This document shows positions 1-8,100 of a stretch of DNA of 44,373 nt, in pieces. Origin of the DNA: a virus; the IMG/VR virus record IMGVR_UViG_3300045988_033491, positions 1 to 44,373 of that record; one strand, 5' to 3'. Position 1 is the first letter of the stretch. Each line of letters begins with the position of its first letter. Under the pieces are notes generated by a model. It was not told the DNA's origin. It saw only the letters and a list, made by a program, of their open reading frames with translations, and did not search any database. The translations under genes were made by a program, and so were the position numbers.

Positions 1-46
1 GGGTGGTGGGATTTTCCAACCGGGGGGGTGGTGGGATTTTCCAACC
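1..46. repeat. Left part of an iteron-like tandem repeat array (unit GGGG(GGG)TGGTGGGATTTTCCAACC, 22-25 bp). Bases 1-36 duplicate 44338-44373 (terminal redundancy or circular closure).
   Basis: Direct reading: 1-21 and 22-46 are two repeat units. The 36-mer gggtggtgggattttccaaccgggggggtggtggga occurs at both window ends. Confidence 0.9.
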
Positions 47-299
47 ACTCCAAAACCGCCCAATAATTCGTCGTATATTCGCAATAACGAACCTTGTTTT
101 TTTCGTACTCAAATTTTGTAATGTACTGTTTTTCAACTAACGATTTGAGTATTTTAATAACGGTTGTTTTGTCTAACCCCGTCCACTCAATAAGGTATCG
201 CAACGACCCCTTAAAACGACTTTCCCCGTCTTGACTAAACCCGTGTATCAAAGCGAAAACCAACAATTCGTTACCTTTCAACTTTAACCGGGTAATCAT
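1..299 (-). CDS. 5' (N-terminal) part of a wrap-around gene: winged-helix/HTH domain of a putative replisome organizer or replication initiator.
   Basis: ATG at 299-297 and the frame stays open to base 1. It translates as MITRLKLKGNELLVFALIHGFSQDGESRFKGSLRYLIEWTGLDKTTVIKILKSLVEKQYITKFEYEKNKVRYCEYTTNYWAVLEWLENPTTPPVGKS... This is in the same frame as 43830..44373 once the 36-bp overlap is collapsed. Function is inferred from the HTH-like pattern and the embedded iterons. Confidence 0.6.
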   Translation of the reverse strand, partial: MITRLKLKGNELLVFALIHGFSQDGESRFKGSLRYLIEWTGLDKTTVIKILKSLVEKQYITKFEYEKNKVRYCEYTTNYWAVLEWLENPTTPPVGKSHH

Positions 300-330
300 C
301 GGGGCTAAAATCGTTATATAATTACTATCT

Positions 331-561
331 CTAATTGTCATTGTCAACCGTTTTATAAATTATACTTTTCCCGTCCTCCCTTTGGCTCGGACTACACAAA
401 CAACGGTTACATAAATCCGGGAATTGATTTAATACACATTGTTGGCAATCATATTGCCCCAAATTCTCAACACATACCGCCGTAATATAAAATTCGTGTC
501 GGCGGCGTATATTGATAGGGTCGCCCGGAACCGGGGCGAATTGTCGTTTACTTACTGCCAT
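331..561 (-). CDS. Hypothetical Cys-rich small protein (76 aa).
   Basis: ATG at 561 preceded by GGAGGGGGGCGAAA. It overlaps the upstream stop by 14 nt. Several Cys residues (CVENLGQYDCQQC...CNRCLC). Confidence 0.6.
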   Translation of the reverse strand: MAVSKRQFAPVPGDPINIRRRHEFYITAVCVENLGQYDCQQCVLNQFPDLCNRCLCSPSQREDGKSIIYKTVDNDN

Positions 562-1279
562 TTTCGCCCCCCTCCAATTGTTTAACAGGTTCCCACGCTT
601 TCCGTACTTTCAATACATTGTCCGGGCTTTCGTTCGGAACCAACGAAACAACCGGGAACCGGGATTTGTCGCCCGGCTTTTGGGTCGTGGCAAATTGTAC
701 GTTCAAATCAAATATTACGCCCTTACAAAATCCCCGTTCCTCCAACATACCGTCGAACGTTTCCCGGATTTGGGGAATTGTGGACGCCGTACCCTTTGTT
801 GCAAACTGCCATACCCCGGCAACACCACGCACCAAAGGAACAATAAAGTTTAACGTCAATGTAACCTCCCAACCGTCGGCGTCGGGTTGTTTGCTTTTCC
901 GGTTCGGGTATCGTTTGGCTATCGACGCCATAAGATTAGGATATTGCGTAACCGTCAATTCCTCGTATTTCTTTCCGTCCCATACTTGGAACGTTTCGCC
1001 GTCTCCCGCCGCAATCAATCGTCCGTCGTCGTCCCGGTATTCGTAACGCTCGTTGCATACTTTCGCCGGGTCGTCGTCCGGGAAAACAATTTGGATTGTT
1101 TGGGGCTTTTCTCCGTATGCCTGTGTAAATAATCCGGCATACTTTCCCACGGGGATAAAATAATCAACGCTTTGCGGGTATCCGTTGGCGTTGCGCATCC
1201 CTATTTTAATTTGACCGACACGGGGTAAAATTAGGCGGTTGCGTTCCGCCTCCGGTCGTTTTATTCGTCCTGTTTTCAT
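548..1279 (-). CDS. Conserved phage protein of unknown function, a possible partner of the adjacent nuclease.
   Basis: 243-aa ORF with ATG at 1279, 3 nt after the nuclease gene stop. The N-terminal GQIKIG...PQSVDYFIP pattern loosely recalls Gp3/RDF-like phage proteins, which I cannot verify here. Confidence 0.7.
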   Translation of the reverse strand: MKTGRIKRPEAERNRLILPRVGQIKIGMRNANGYPQSVDYFIPVGKYAGLFTQAYGEKPQTIQIVFPDDDPAKVCNERYEYRDDDGRLIAAGDGETFQVWDGKKYEELTVTQYPNLMASIAKRYPNRKSKQPDADGWEVTLTLNFIVPLVRGVAGVWQFATKGTASTIPQIRETFDGMLEERGFCKGVIFDLNVQFATTQKPGDKSRFPVVSLVPNESPDNVLKVRKAWEPVKQLEGGENGSK

Positions 1280-1282
1280 ATC

Positions 1283-2638
1283 CTATATTTCCGGGTTATC
1301 GTTCAACAACTTTTTCTTATTATCGTTTTTGGGCTTTTTAGGCTCTTTTACGGGCTTTTGTTCCTTTTCCGGTGCAACCGCCCGTTTCGTTGTCTTTCGT
1401 GGCGTGGCGGGCTTATTTTCCGCCTCCTTTGCCGTTTTCCCGGCACGTTTGACAATCTTTGCTTTCTTAACCTCCGGTTCCGGGGTTGCCTCCGGTGCGT
1501 CCGCATCCGCTTTGACCTTATCGGCGGCGTCCGTGGTTTCGTCCGGCGTCGCCTCTTTGGGGGCTTTTGTCTTAATCAATTCAGACAACGACAACGATAT
1601 TACATTGTTCGTTAAGTCCGGGGCATCGTCCAACACAACCAAACCATTAACCGCCGTAAACGTGTTATCCCGCTTTTCGTCCTCAATTGCGGCAATCTCC
1701 AACAAATACGGGATTTTCTTAATATTGGGGCTATCGGTTTGCTCTTTCAAATTATACGACGGACGTTTGCGCCAATCTTTCGGGCTGAAATTGAAAATAC
1801 GGGTTACGGGGAATTTCTCAAAATTAACGTTCCACATATCCCGGTACATTCCCAATTGTATTTCCGCTTCCTCATAAAAGCCCTTGCGCCCGCTTTTGAA
1901 ATCGACGATTGCGTTAATACGTTCGTCGCCGCCAATCTTTGCCAACATAGTACACGGGCAATCAATCATTCCGGCATACTTGTAATACGGGTGTACCAAC
2001 GCAATTTCCACGGCTAACGGTCTAACGTCATAATCCAAAACGAATTGAGCAAACGCCAATACGTCCTTTTTCAAATCGTCAGCATAATAAATAAAATCAT
2101 CCGGCAACCTGTAAACCTCAATATATTCTTTTAGTTTACCTTTTAGCCCGTCCAAATCGTAAGCCCGGTTAATCAATAATTCCTCAAATGCGGCGTGCAT
2201 AAATGTACCATACGCCGCCCGTTCGCCCTTATAACGTTCGCTTTCCTCAATCCCTTTGTTTGCAATCCAATTGATTAGAAACGGGGATTTTGGTAACGTT
2301 TGGGACAATATGGTTGTTACCGACGGAAAAAACTCCGGTTCCCCGTTTTCGTCGTATCGGTAATAATATCGGTGTCCCTTACTGTTTAACTGCCAAACCT
2401 TATACGGCGGTTCAATCAACGTTTTTTCGTCGAAAAACATTGCTGTCATTTCCTCAACCGTCATGCCCGGCACAATCTCAAATACTCCGGTCGGTTGTTC
2501 CGGTTCCATTTCCACAAACGGGGGGATTATATGTTGTTGTTCCTCGTTTACCTCCGGGAACATTTCCGGGGCAATATTGCCAACGGTTCCCGCAACCTCT
2601 TTTACCGGGTCGCCCGGTTTATCGCTCTTTGTTCTCAT
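1283..2638 (-). CDS. PD-(D/E)XK (Cas4/RecB-like) exonuclease with a K/P/E/A-rich low-complexity C-terminal tail.
   Basis: 451 aa. Motifs SVTTIL, GTFMHAAFE, MIDCP...IVDFKSG and EEAEIQLGMY fit the PD-(D/E)XK phage exonuclease layout. The last ~110 aa are lysine/proline/alanine rich. Confidence 0.7.
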   Translation of the reverse strand: MRTKSDKPGDPVKEVAGTVGNIAPEMFPEVNEEQQHIIPPFVEMEPEQPTGVFEIVPGMTVEEMTAMFFDEKTLIEPPYKVWQLNSKGHRYYYRYDENGEPEFFPSVTTILSQTLPKSPFLINWIANKGIEESERYKGERAAYGTFMHAAFEELLINRAYDLDGLKGKLKEYIEVYRLPDDFIYYADDLKKDVLAFAQFVLDYDVRPLAVEIALVHPYYKYAGMIDCPCTMLAKIGGDERINAIVDFKSGRKGFYEEAEIQLGMYRDMWNVNFEKFPVTRIFNFSPKDWRKRPSYNLKEQTDSPNIKKIPYLLEIAAIEDEKRDNTFTAVNGLVVLDDAPDLTNNVISLSLSELIKTKAPKEATPDETTDAADKVKADADAPEATPEPEVKKAKIVKRAGKTAKEAENKPATPRKTTKRAVAPEKEQKPVKEPKKPKNDNKKKLLNDNPEI

Positions 2639-2850
2639 TTTCTTTTAACCTCTTTATATTCTGAAATTCCACATACAACCATTGCCGCACACATAACAGC
2701 GAATAATAATTGCCACGGGTTCCAAAAAGAACCAACCAAACAACAAATTCCCAATACGCCAAATACGACAATTAGGGCTTTCGCTTGCCATATCTCGGAA
2801 AACATGGTATCGGCGGCACGTTCCAACCATGTTGTCAATTTACTTTTCAT
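2635..2850 (-). CDS. Small membrane protein (about 71 aa, two hydrophobic helices).
   Basis: Start refined to the ATG at 2850 (MKSKLTTWLERAADTMFSEIWQAKALIVVFGVLGICCLVGSFWNPWQLLFAVMCAAMVVCGI...). ATGA-type overlap with the downstream gene at 2635-2638. Confidence 0.6.
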   Translation of the reverse strand: MKSKLTTWLERAADTMFSEIWQAKALIVVFGVLGICCLVGSFWNPWQLLFAVMCAAMVVCGISEYKEVKRK

Positions 2851-3088
2851 TGCCGCCCTCCATTCCAAACAGGTAATCCGCCGTACAATCCAACATTTCG
2901 CAAAGGATAACGACCCATTCCGGGACAATCCGTTTGGTCGTGCCGTTACATAAATTCGTCATATTGACCTGTTGTGCGCTTTCACTTGCACCCTCAAAAA
3001 GACGTGCGGCAATGTCTTTTTTCAATACCTTTTTCCCGTTAGCCTCCGAACGGGCGATTGCTTCGTTTACTCTTAATCTTAATGCCAT
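2840..3088 (-). CDS. XRE-family (Cro/CI-type) helix-turn-helix transcriptional regulator.
   Basis: 82 aa. KKDIAARL...SESAQQVNMTNLCNGTTKRIVPEWVVILCEMLDCTADYLFG is a typical HTH_3 layout. Confidence 0.7.
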   Translation of the reverse strand: MALRLRVNEAIARSEANGKKVLKKDIAARLFEGASESAQQVNMTNLCNGTTKRIVPEWVVILCEMLDCTADYLFGMEGGNEK

Positions 3089-3105
3089 AACTTTAATTTT
3101 TTACG

Positions 3106-3534
3106 TTAATAACTTGGTTCGTTGTTCTCTTTATACCCACAATGTCGGCACATTTTTTCCTCCCAAATTGGGATATATTCCGGCGGGGTCAAATATCCGT
3201 CGCCTCCGGTCTGTTTATATTCGCCGTCCGTAACTTCCATTTCCCCGCCACACTCCGGGCAATCATCGTCGCCAATCAATATGCACTCCAACAGGTCGTC
3301 CAAATGAACGGAACGAACGGGGGAAACACCAATTGCCCGGATAATACCCGCCATTTGTTCAATTGTAACGTCCCGTTCGTAACAATCGACAACAGGGCAA
3401 CCCCAATTGTCGCTTATGTCCTCAATAATTCCTTTGTTGATTAACTCCGTAACGATTGTTTCGGATACTTTGTTGGGCGTTTGACCGCTTGCGGTTGCCA
3501 ACCTCTTTAATTGTTCGCTCTCTTTTATTTTCAT
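3106..3534 (-). CDS. Hypothetical protein with a C-terminal zinc-ribbon (CPECGG...CRHCG).
   Basis: 142-aa ORF with ATG at 3534. It is the first gene after promoter cassette P1. Two CxxC pairs. Confidence 0.7.
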   Translation of the reverse strand: MKIKESEQLKRLATASGQTPNKVSETIVTELINKGIIEDISDNWGCPVVDCYERDVTIEQMAGIIRAIGVSPVRSVHLDDLLECILIGDDDCPECGGEMEVTDGEYKQTGGDGYLTPPEYIPIWEEKMCRHCGYKENNEPSY

Positions 3535-3581
3535 ATCATTGCCCGGTATCCCTCCGGGTAGGCTGTTATTCTTTCGTTCTG

Positions 3582-3612
3582 CAAATGTAGAAAGAATATT
3601 TTAATTACCAAA
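3582..3612 (-). promoter_or_regulatory. Bacteroidota-type promoter P1 (-33 TTTG, 19-bp spacer, -7 TACATTTG) with a leader hairpin at 3542-3558.
   Basis: Plus strand has caaatgta at 3582-3589 and caaa at 3609-3612, with a 19-bp spacer. The cccgg/ccggg stem at 3542-3546/3554-3558 lies 8 nt upstream of the ATG at 3534. Confidence 0.7.
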
Positions 3613-3712
3613 AATAAAACCTTTGTTTTGAAAATCATTTTTACGGGGTGCATTGGATAACAACATTTTTAGCATATCTTTGCAATACCGCATTACCAAA
3701 TATCGCTCTCGG

Positions 3713-4237
3713 TTACTGCGAACCGCCCCCGGTCGTCCCTTTGGGATTGCCGGGGGTATCTTTTTCCAATGCCATTTGTTCCGCACAATAACAATATCGG
3801 TATATCTCCCCATAATATCCGGTTTGCTCGGTTATGGTTTCGATAACGCCCGCCGGATATTCCCCAAATACAACGTATTCATACTCCGTAAATCCGTCGT
3901 CTTTCAATGCCATTTCAAACGTAATGTCAACGTATTTGTCGCCGACCCGGTTAAACGCATGGTCTATTGGTATTATCGCAAGCGTTTTGCCCTCGCAATA
4001 TTGCACCCGGTCGGGAAATAACAACGTCAGCAAATGCGCATTTTTGTAACACGCTTGTTTTTGCGGGCGGACAATCCGCCGTATCAATTCAATTTCCCGT
4101 TCGTTGAATACCTCCGATACCGGGACGACCTCAACACGTTTTGCAACGTCGATTGTGTCCGTAAAATATTTATGTTGGCGGGGGTTCAAATCCAAACGTA
4201 AGAACGCCCGCATTTCCTCAATAATAACGCTTTCCAT
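3713..4237 (-). CDS. Hypothetical protein (174 aa).
   Basis: ATG at 4237, tightly packed after the upstream stop at 4241. No recognisable motif. Confidence 0.7.
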   Translation of the reverse strand: MESVIIEEMRAFLRLDLNPRQHKYFTDTIDVAKRVEVVPVSEVFNEREIELIRRIVRPQKQACYKNAHLLTLLFPDRVQYCEGKTLAIIPIDHAFNRVGDKYVDITFEMALKDDGFTEYEYVVFGEYPAGVIETITEQTGYYGEIYRYCYCAEQMALEKDTPGNPKGTTGGGSQ

Positions 4238-4240
4238 ATC

Positions 4241-4759
4241 TTAACACTTTGTAAAGCCCTTAAATGCCAATCGGTAAACATCGTATTGCTTACCGATAAC
4301 GTAAAATTCAATCATGCGGCTATCATTGCCGACGTCGTTTATTGCAATAGTTGGGTACGGTTCCCCCGGCAATTGGTTAAAATCGTCCTCAATATCTCGG
4401 TATCCCTCCGGGAACCCGGAACGGTCGGCGGCGAAATACCGGGTTAAACTCTCTTTTATCCGGGTCAATATTTCGTCCCCGTTCGGCTCAAATGCTGCTT
4501 TTATTTTATCTTGGTTTCTCAACGCCCAACGCATCGGTATTTGTTTTAATAGGTTATGAATACCCCGCCCGTCTTTTACGGCTTTGCCTGTAAACCAACC
4601 GGAATACGGGTATAATGTAACAGGAGAACCCCGGAACGTAAATTGTAAAGTCGTGGCGTTTATCTCCGTAACGGGATACCCCAACGCCTCCAACCGGGTA
4701 CGGGCGTATTCCGTCCGCTCCGGTTGCATTTCCTGTTGTCGCTCTCTGTTTCGGCTCAT
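4241..4759 (-). CDS. Hypothetical protein (about 172 aa).
   Basis: The ORF-track start at 4789 is a TTG inside a GC hairpin. The first ATG is at 4759 (MSRNRERQQEM...). Confidence 0.7.
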   Translation of the reverse strand: MSRNRERQQEMQPERTEYARTRLEALGYPVTEINATTLQFTFRGSPVTLYPYSGWFTGKAVKDGRGIHNLLKQIPMRWALRNQDKIKAAFEPNGDEILTRIKESLTRYFAADRSGFPEGYRDIEDDFNQLPGEPYPTIAINDVGNDSRMIEFYVIGKQYDVYRLAFKGFTKC

Positions 4760-4806
4760 TCTTTCAAATAATTGTGCCGGGGGGTTCAATTGCCCCCGGC
4801 TTGTTA

Positions 4807-5175
4807 TTACTGCAAATACGCAATTGCGTTTAACCGCTCCTTTTCCTTTGTTGCGCTCTCAATATTGCGGGCAATCCATTGTTCGGCGGGGTTTTCGGCT
4901 TTCCATTGTTCCCGGTAATCCGGCGTAAAATACGCAGCCATTTTTTTGTATTCTTTTTCCGGGTTTGCCAATATTGCCGCCGTATGGCTCAATCGTTTGC
5001 CGTGGTCGCCTTTGCCTATTAAATCCAACCGACCGAAATAAAACGAACCGTCGGCGGTACACGCCACATAATCACGGGCGGACGTTCTTGTTGAAACAAT
5101 GTTGCCGTTTTCGTCGGTAACTGTGTATAAATACTTTTTGCCTTTTGCCTGTTTGCTCAAAATGTACTTTGTCAT
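4807..5175 (-). CDS. Hypothetical protein (122 aa).
   Basis: ATG at 5175, flanked by GC-rich hairpins on both sides. Confidence 0.7.
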   Translation of the reverse strand: MTKYILSKQAKGKKYLYTVTDENGNIVSTRTSARDYVACTADGSFYFGRLDLIGKGDHGKRLSHTAAILANPEKEYKKMAAYFTPDYREQWKAENPAEQWIARNIESATKEKERLNAIAYLQ

Positions 5176-5216
5176 AATCTTTGTTGTTGTGCCGGGGGCG
5201 AACCCCCGGCGGGTTA

Positions 5217-5453
5217 TTATCTTAATGTTTTTAATTCGCCTCGGCGTTTCTTGTTTTCAAATGCACCCCGTACACACGCCCAATCTTTCGTCAGACTTTC
5301 CCCGTTTGGGAATATAAGGGTTTGTTTGCCTGTATAACTATCGGCGTCGTATCGTTCGCCTTTGGGTTCCAACGCTTGCACGACTACGATATAAACCATG
5401 TTGCCAATACCTTTGTAAGCGAACGTTTTTCCGATTAACTTTTTTGCGTCCAT
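5217..5453 (-). CDS. Hypothetical protein (78 aa).
   Basis: ATG at 5453, 7 nt after the upstream stop. Confidence 0.6.
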   Translation of the reverse strand: MDAKKLIGKTFAYKGIGNMVYIVVVQALEPKGERYDADSYTGKQTLIFPNGESLTKDWACVRGAFENKKRRGELKTLR

Positions 5454-5460
5454 ATCCGTA

Positions 5461-5733
5461 TTACTTTATTTCGTACAAACTCAATGAATTTTCACACAAT
5501 ACCCACGTCGGGAAATCTGATTTTTGCAGATAACAAAGATTATCCAACGCCGCCCGGCTCGTATAAAACCACAACCCAAACTTTTTGCCGATAAAATACA
5601 TATCGTTAACGCCTGTATCCCTGTAACCCTCCAACATTTGTTGGCTGTAAATGATTGACGAAAATTTAACCTTACCGTCTAACTTGGTTGCAATCTCGGC
5701 AATGTCGGTTGCCTGTGTTCTTTTTGTTTCCAT
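5461..5733 (-). CDS. Hypothetical protein (90 aa).
   Basis: ATG at 5733, preceded by the ccggg-N6-cccgg hairpin at 5753-5768. Confidence 0.6.
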   Translation of the reverse strand: METKRTQATDIAEIATKLDGKVKFSSIIYSQQMLEGYRDTGVNDMYFIGKKFGLWFYTSRAALDNLCYLQKSDFPTWVLCENSLSLYEIK

Positions 5734-5781
5734 AACTAAAATATATTAAGTTCCGGGAACCCGCCCGGTCGGATTTACTGA

Positions 5782-6030
5782 TTAATGATAATAAAAGGAT
5801 ATTTTCAAACCCCGACGCAATTTGCAATGTTCGGCATCCTTAACGCAACGGAACGCACGGCGCAACAATTTGTTTGCCATTTCGACGCCAACCAATTTAA
5901 TTAAACCGGAAACGCCAACCAACGTGTTTAACTTCTTACCGTTGAATACGCCGTTTACTTTGATTTTGAAAGTACGGTTAATTTCTTTTGTTGTGTACTC
6001 TAATCCGTTATAAATGCTTTCGGGTTTCAT
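5782..6030 (-). CDS. Hypothetical basic protein (82 aa), first gene after promoter P2.
   Basis: ATG at 6030, preceded by the leader AAAAAGAGCGATACA, which is identical to the leader of the gene at 37147. Confidence 0.65.
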   Translation of the reverse strand: MKPESIYNGLEYTTKEINRTFKIKVNGVFNGKKLNTLVGVSGLIKLVGVEMANKLLRRAFRCVKDAEHCKLRRGLKISFYYH

Positions 6031-6083
6031 TGTATCGCTCTTTTTGTTCCGGGAAAACGCCCGGTCGTTGTATTAACATGGTG

Positions 6084-6114
6084 CAAATATAGGGCTTTTA
6101 TTTCAACTACCAAA
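6084..6114 (-). promoter_or_regulatory. Bacteroidota-type promoter P2 (-33 TTTG, 19-bp spacer, -7 TATATTTG) with a leader hairpin at 6049-6064.
   Basis: Plus strand has caaatata at 6084-6091 and caaa at 6111-6114. The 23-mer ccgggaaaacgcccggtcgttgt (6049-6071) is repeated exactly at 41843-41865. Confidence 0.75.
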
Positions 6115-6274
6115 GAAATTTCTTTTTATTTTCGTGTTTTCGCATAAAAAATTATTCTTTTGGTATCCCGCAAAGTTATTTTTGGGTAATTTTTGATTTA
6201 AGACACTTTATTTGCCGGGACGGGTATTTTATCCACTCGGACAAAATAATTGAAATTTGGGGCTAAAAACGGGC

Positions 6275-6314
6275 AAAACGAAAAAGGGGATTGCAACCAA
6301 CAGTTACAACCCCC
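6275..6314 (-). terminator. Rho-independent terminator ending the late (lysis) operon.
   Basis: A 12-bp stem (6286-6297 / 6303-6314) is fully paired only in minus-sense RNA, with two G-U pairs. It is followed on the minus strand by TTTTTCGTTTTG and sits 32 nt after the stop at 6346. Confidence 0.75.
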
Positions 6315-6345
6315 AAAAAGTATAATACAGAATAAAAAGTTATCG

Positions 6346-6960
6346 TTATTCCTCTATCTCTATATATTCAACCCCTAATATATGCGTTGCCGGGTTCTTA
6401 CTAACGGCGTCTATCTTCCGGCTCTTTACTTTGCGGGTTTTCCAAAGGAACCCCAAAAACCGCTTATACTTAACCGTTGCCGCAATCAATAGACTATCCC
6501 GGTTTATATGTACCCCGGTAAATGTATTGTCCGGGTGTGCGCATCCGTGTAACTCAAACCACGGTTCCACAATATCGACGCAACGTAATACGGTCGTAAC
6601 CGTGTCGCCGGGCAAATAAACGACGCTATCCCGGACGGTTCCCCGTAATTCGTTTATCGTTTCCAATTGGGCGGTCGTAACCGCTTGCAAATCCCGGTTC
6701 TTTGTTTGCAACCTTTTTATCAATGCCGCATCGTCCGCCCTGTATTTTTGATATTCCGATAACGTCAAACGCAATGCGCCAACCGTGGCGGCGTTCAAAC
6801 TGTCCTTTGTTTTGTATTGTTCGACGTTCTGCAATAACGTTTCCGTATTGCTCCGGTACTTATCTCGTTCGGCGGTTAAACTCTTTATCCGGGCGTATTG
6901 CCCGTAAAGAACGGCGGCAATTGCTCCAATTATCGCCGTATATATCAATATCTTTTTCAT
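6346..6960 (-). CDS. Lysis-cassette membrane protein (N-terminal TM helix plus coiled coil), spanin-like.
   Basis: 204 aa. The MKKILIYTAIIGAIAAVLYG anchor is followed by a long helical region. ATGA overlap with the amidase gene. The call is positional. Confidence 0.5.
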   Translation of the reverse strand: MKKILIYTAIIGAIAAVLYGQYARIKSLTAERDKYRSNTETLLQNVEQYKTKDSLNAATVGALRLTLSEYQKYRADDAALIKRLQTKNRDLQAVTTAQLETINELRGTVRDSVVYLPGDTVTTVLRCVDIVEPWFELHGCAHPDNTFTGVHINRDSLLIAATVKYKRFLGFLWKTRKVKSRKIDAVSKNPATHILGVEYIEIEE

Positions 6961-7538
6961 ACAATTTGTTTTATTGCGGCGACGTGCATATTTGCGATAC
7001 GTTCCCGCCCGGTTTCACTCATAAGAAAACGGCAATCTTTTTCGGTATCCATAAAAAACGACTCCGTAAGGATTGCGGGGGCTTTCGTGTGCATAAGGAT
7101 ATAAAATGCCGCTTCCTTATCCGGGTCGCCGTCGGCATAATCCGCCCGCATCCGCCAACCGTCCGGCGCAAATTCCTTTTCCGCCTCTTTGTAAAATACG
7201 GTTGCCATTGGGTCGGCTTTAGTTTGACCGGGCGACGTGTAAACCTCCCAACCTGTGCCGCCCCCGGCGTTGGCGTGAATACTCAATAAAAAGCAATCGC
7301 CCCCGGTTTCCTCGTATATCTTATTTGCACGGCGGCAACGTTCCCCCAATGATATATCGGTTTCCTCCGGTACTAAAATCCGGTACGGTATCCCGGCGGC
7401 GTCCAATTGTGCCGCAATACGCCGCACAATGTCCCGGTTAAATTCATATTCAAACAATTGTTTGCCGTCGCTCCATACGGGCGAACGTTTCCCGGCTGTA
7501 TTGTTGCCGTGTCCGTTGTCTAAAATTACGGTTTTCAT
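6957..7538 (-). CDS. N-acetylmuramoyl-L-alanine amidase (Amidase_3-type endolysin).
   Basis: 193 aa. ILDNGHG...SIHANAGG...ILTESFFMD fits the zinc amidase_3 motif pattern. Confidence 0.85.
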   Translation of the reverse strand: MKTVILDNGHGNNTAGKRSPVWSDGKQLFEYEFNRDIVRRIAAQLDAAGIPYRILVPEETDISLGERCRRANKIYEETGGDCFLLSIHANAGGGTGWEVYTSPGQTKADPMATVFYKEAEKEFAPDGWRMRADYADGDPDKEAAFYILMHTKAPAILTESFFMDTEKDCRFLMSETGRERIANMHVAAIKQIV

Positions 7539-8050
7539 TCTTTCCCCTCCTTTTTGTTGTTAATAATATCCCCGTCGGTTTCGGCTTGGAACCGTTCGAT
7601 TATTGGTTGCCAATATGACGGCAACGCCCGTGTAAATTCCAACCGGATAACGTGGTAAATGATACGTAATGCAATCTTTTTGGGATATGCTACAATTAAA
7701 TTGCGAAAAGCGTTTTGCAAATACACATACATAAAAACGTATGTAAGCGACTTTATTACAATCATTGCCGCCTCGTTATCGCCACATTGTAACATTACGC
7801 TATAAATTACGTGAATGATTGTAACGTACAAAAGCAATTCCGCCAATGCGTTCTTAAACTTACGGAACGAAAAGCGTTTGCAATTCTTAATCGCCACGCC
7901 GTCCGCCCGCATACCCGCCCAAATGTTGAACGCAAACATTATTATCAAAGCGTACATAAACCCCGCCGTTGGGGTAAAATAAGCAAGTAACGGACTTGCA
8001 GTTGTGGCGAATATTAACCGCCATTGTTCCCACGTAAATAACTTTTCCAT
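7535..8050 (-). CDS. Putative holin (multi-pass membrane protein).
   Basis: The first ATG is at 8050; the track start at 8062 is TTG. Three to four hydrophobic helices. ATGA overlap with the amidase gene. Confidence 0.6.
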   Translation of the reverse strand: MEKLFTWEQWRLIFATTASPLLAYFTPTAGFMYALIIMFAFNIWAGMRADGVAIKNCKRFSFRKFKNALAELLLYVTIIHVIYSVMLQCGDNEAAMIVIKSLTYVFMYVYLQNAFRNLIVAYPKKIALRIIYHVIRLEFTRALPSYWQPIIERFQAETDGDIINNKKEGKE

Positions 8051-8066
8051 TGTAATAAGCAAATAA

Positions 8067-8089
8067 GGGGAAACGGTTGCCCGTTCCCC
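8067..8089 (-). terminator. GC-rich stem-loop after the tail-fibre stop; putative attenuator or terminator.
   Basis: Minus-sense GGGGGAACGGGCAACCGTTTCCCC followed by TTATTTGC. Same design as the hairpins at 21471-21500 and 40110-40130. Confidence 0.4.
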
Positions 8090-8100
8090 CGATTAGTTAA

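Noticed and set aside
1239-1877. Plus-strand ORFs throughout the window (for example 1239..1877, 6702..7289, 15155..15685, 29660..30337, 40486..40980, 42527..43048).
   Set aside because: All lie antisense to longer minus-strand ORFs with recognisable domains, and many start at non-ATG codons. They translate to low-complexity F/L/S/R-rich sequence, as expected from the T-rich antisense strand, so I treat them as shadow ORFs.
2840-3088. The XRE regulator as evidence of a lysogeny module or a temperate lifestyle.
   Set aside because: No integrase, excisionase or divergent repressor/cro arrangement is present, and every gene is on one strand. A single HTH regulator is not enough to call the phage temperate.
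3601-3813. A minus-strand 70-aa ORF between 3713..4237 and promoter P1.
   Set aside because: It overlaps the 3' end of the longer 174-aa ORF in another frame, and its own 3' end runs through the -33 box of promoter P1. It is probably not coding.
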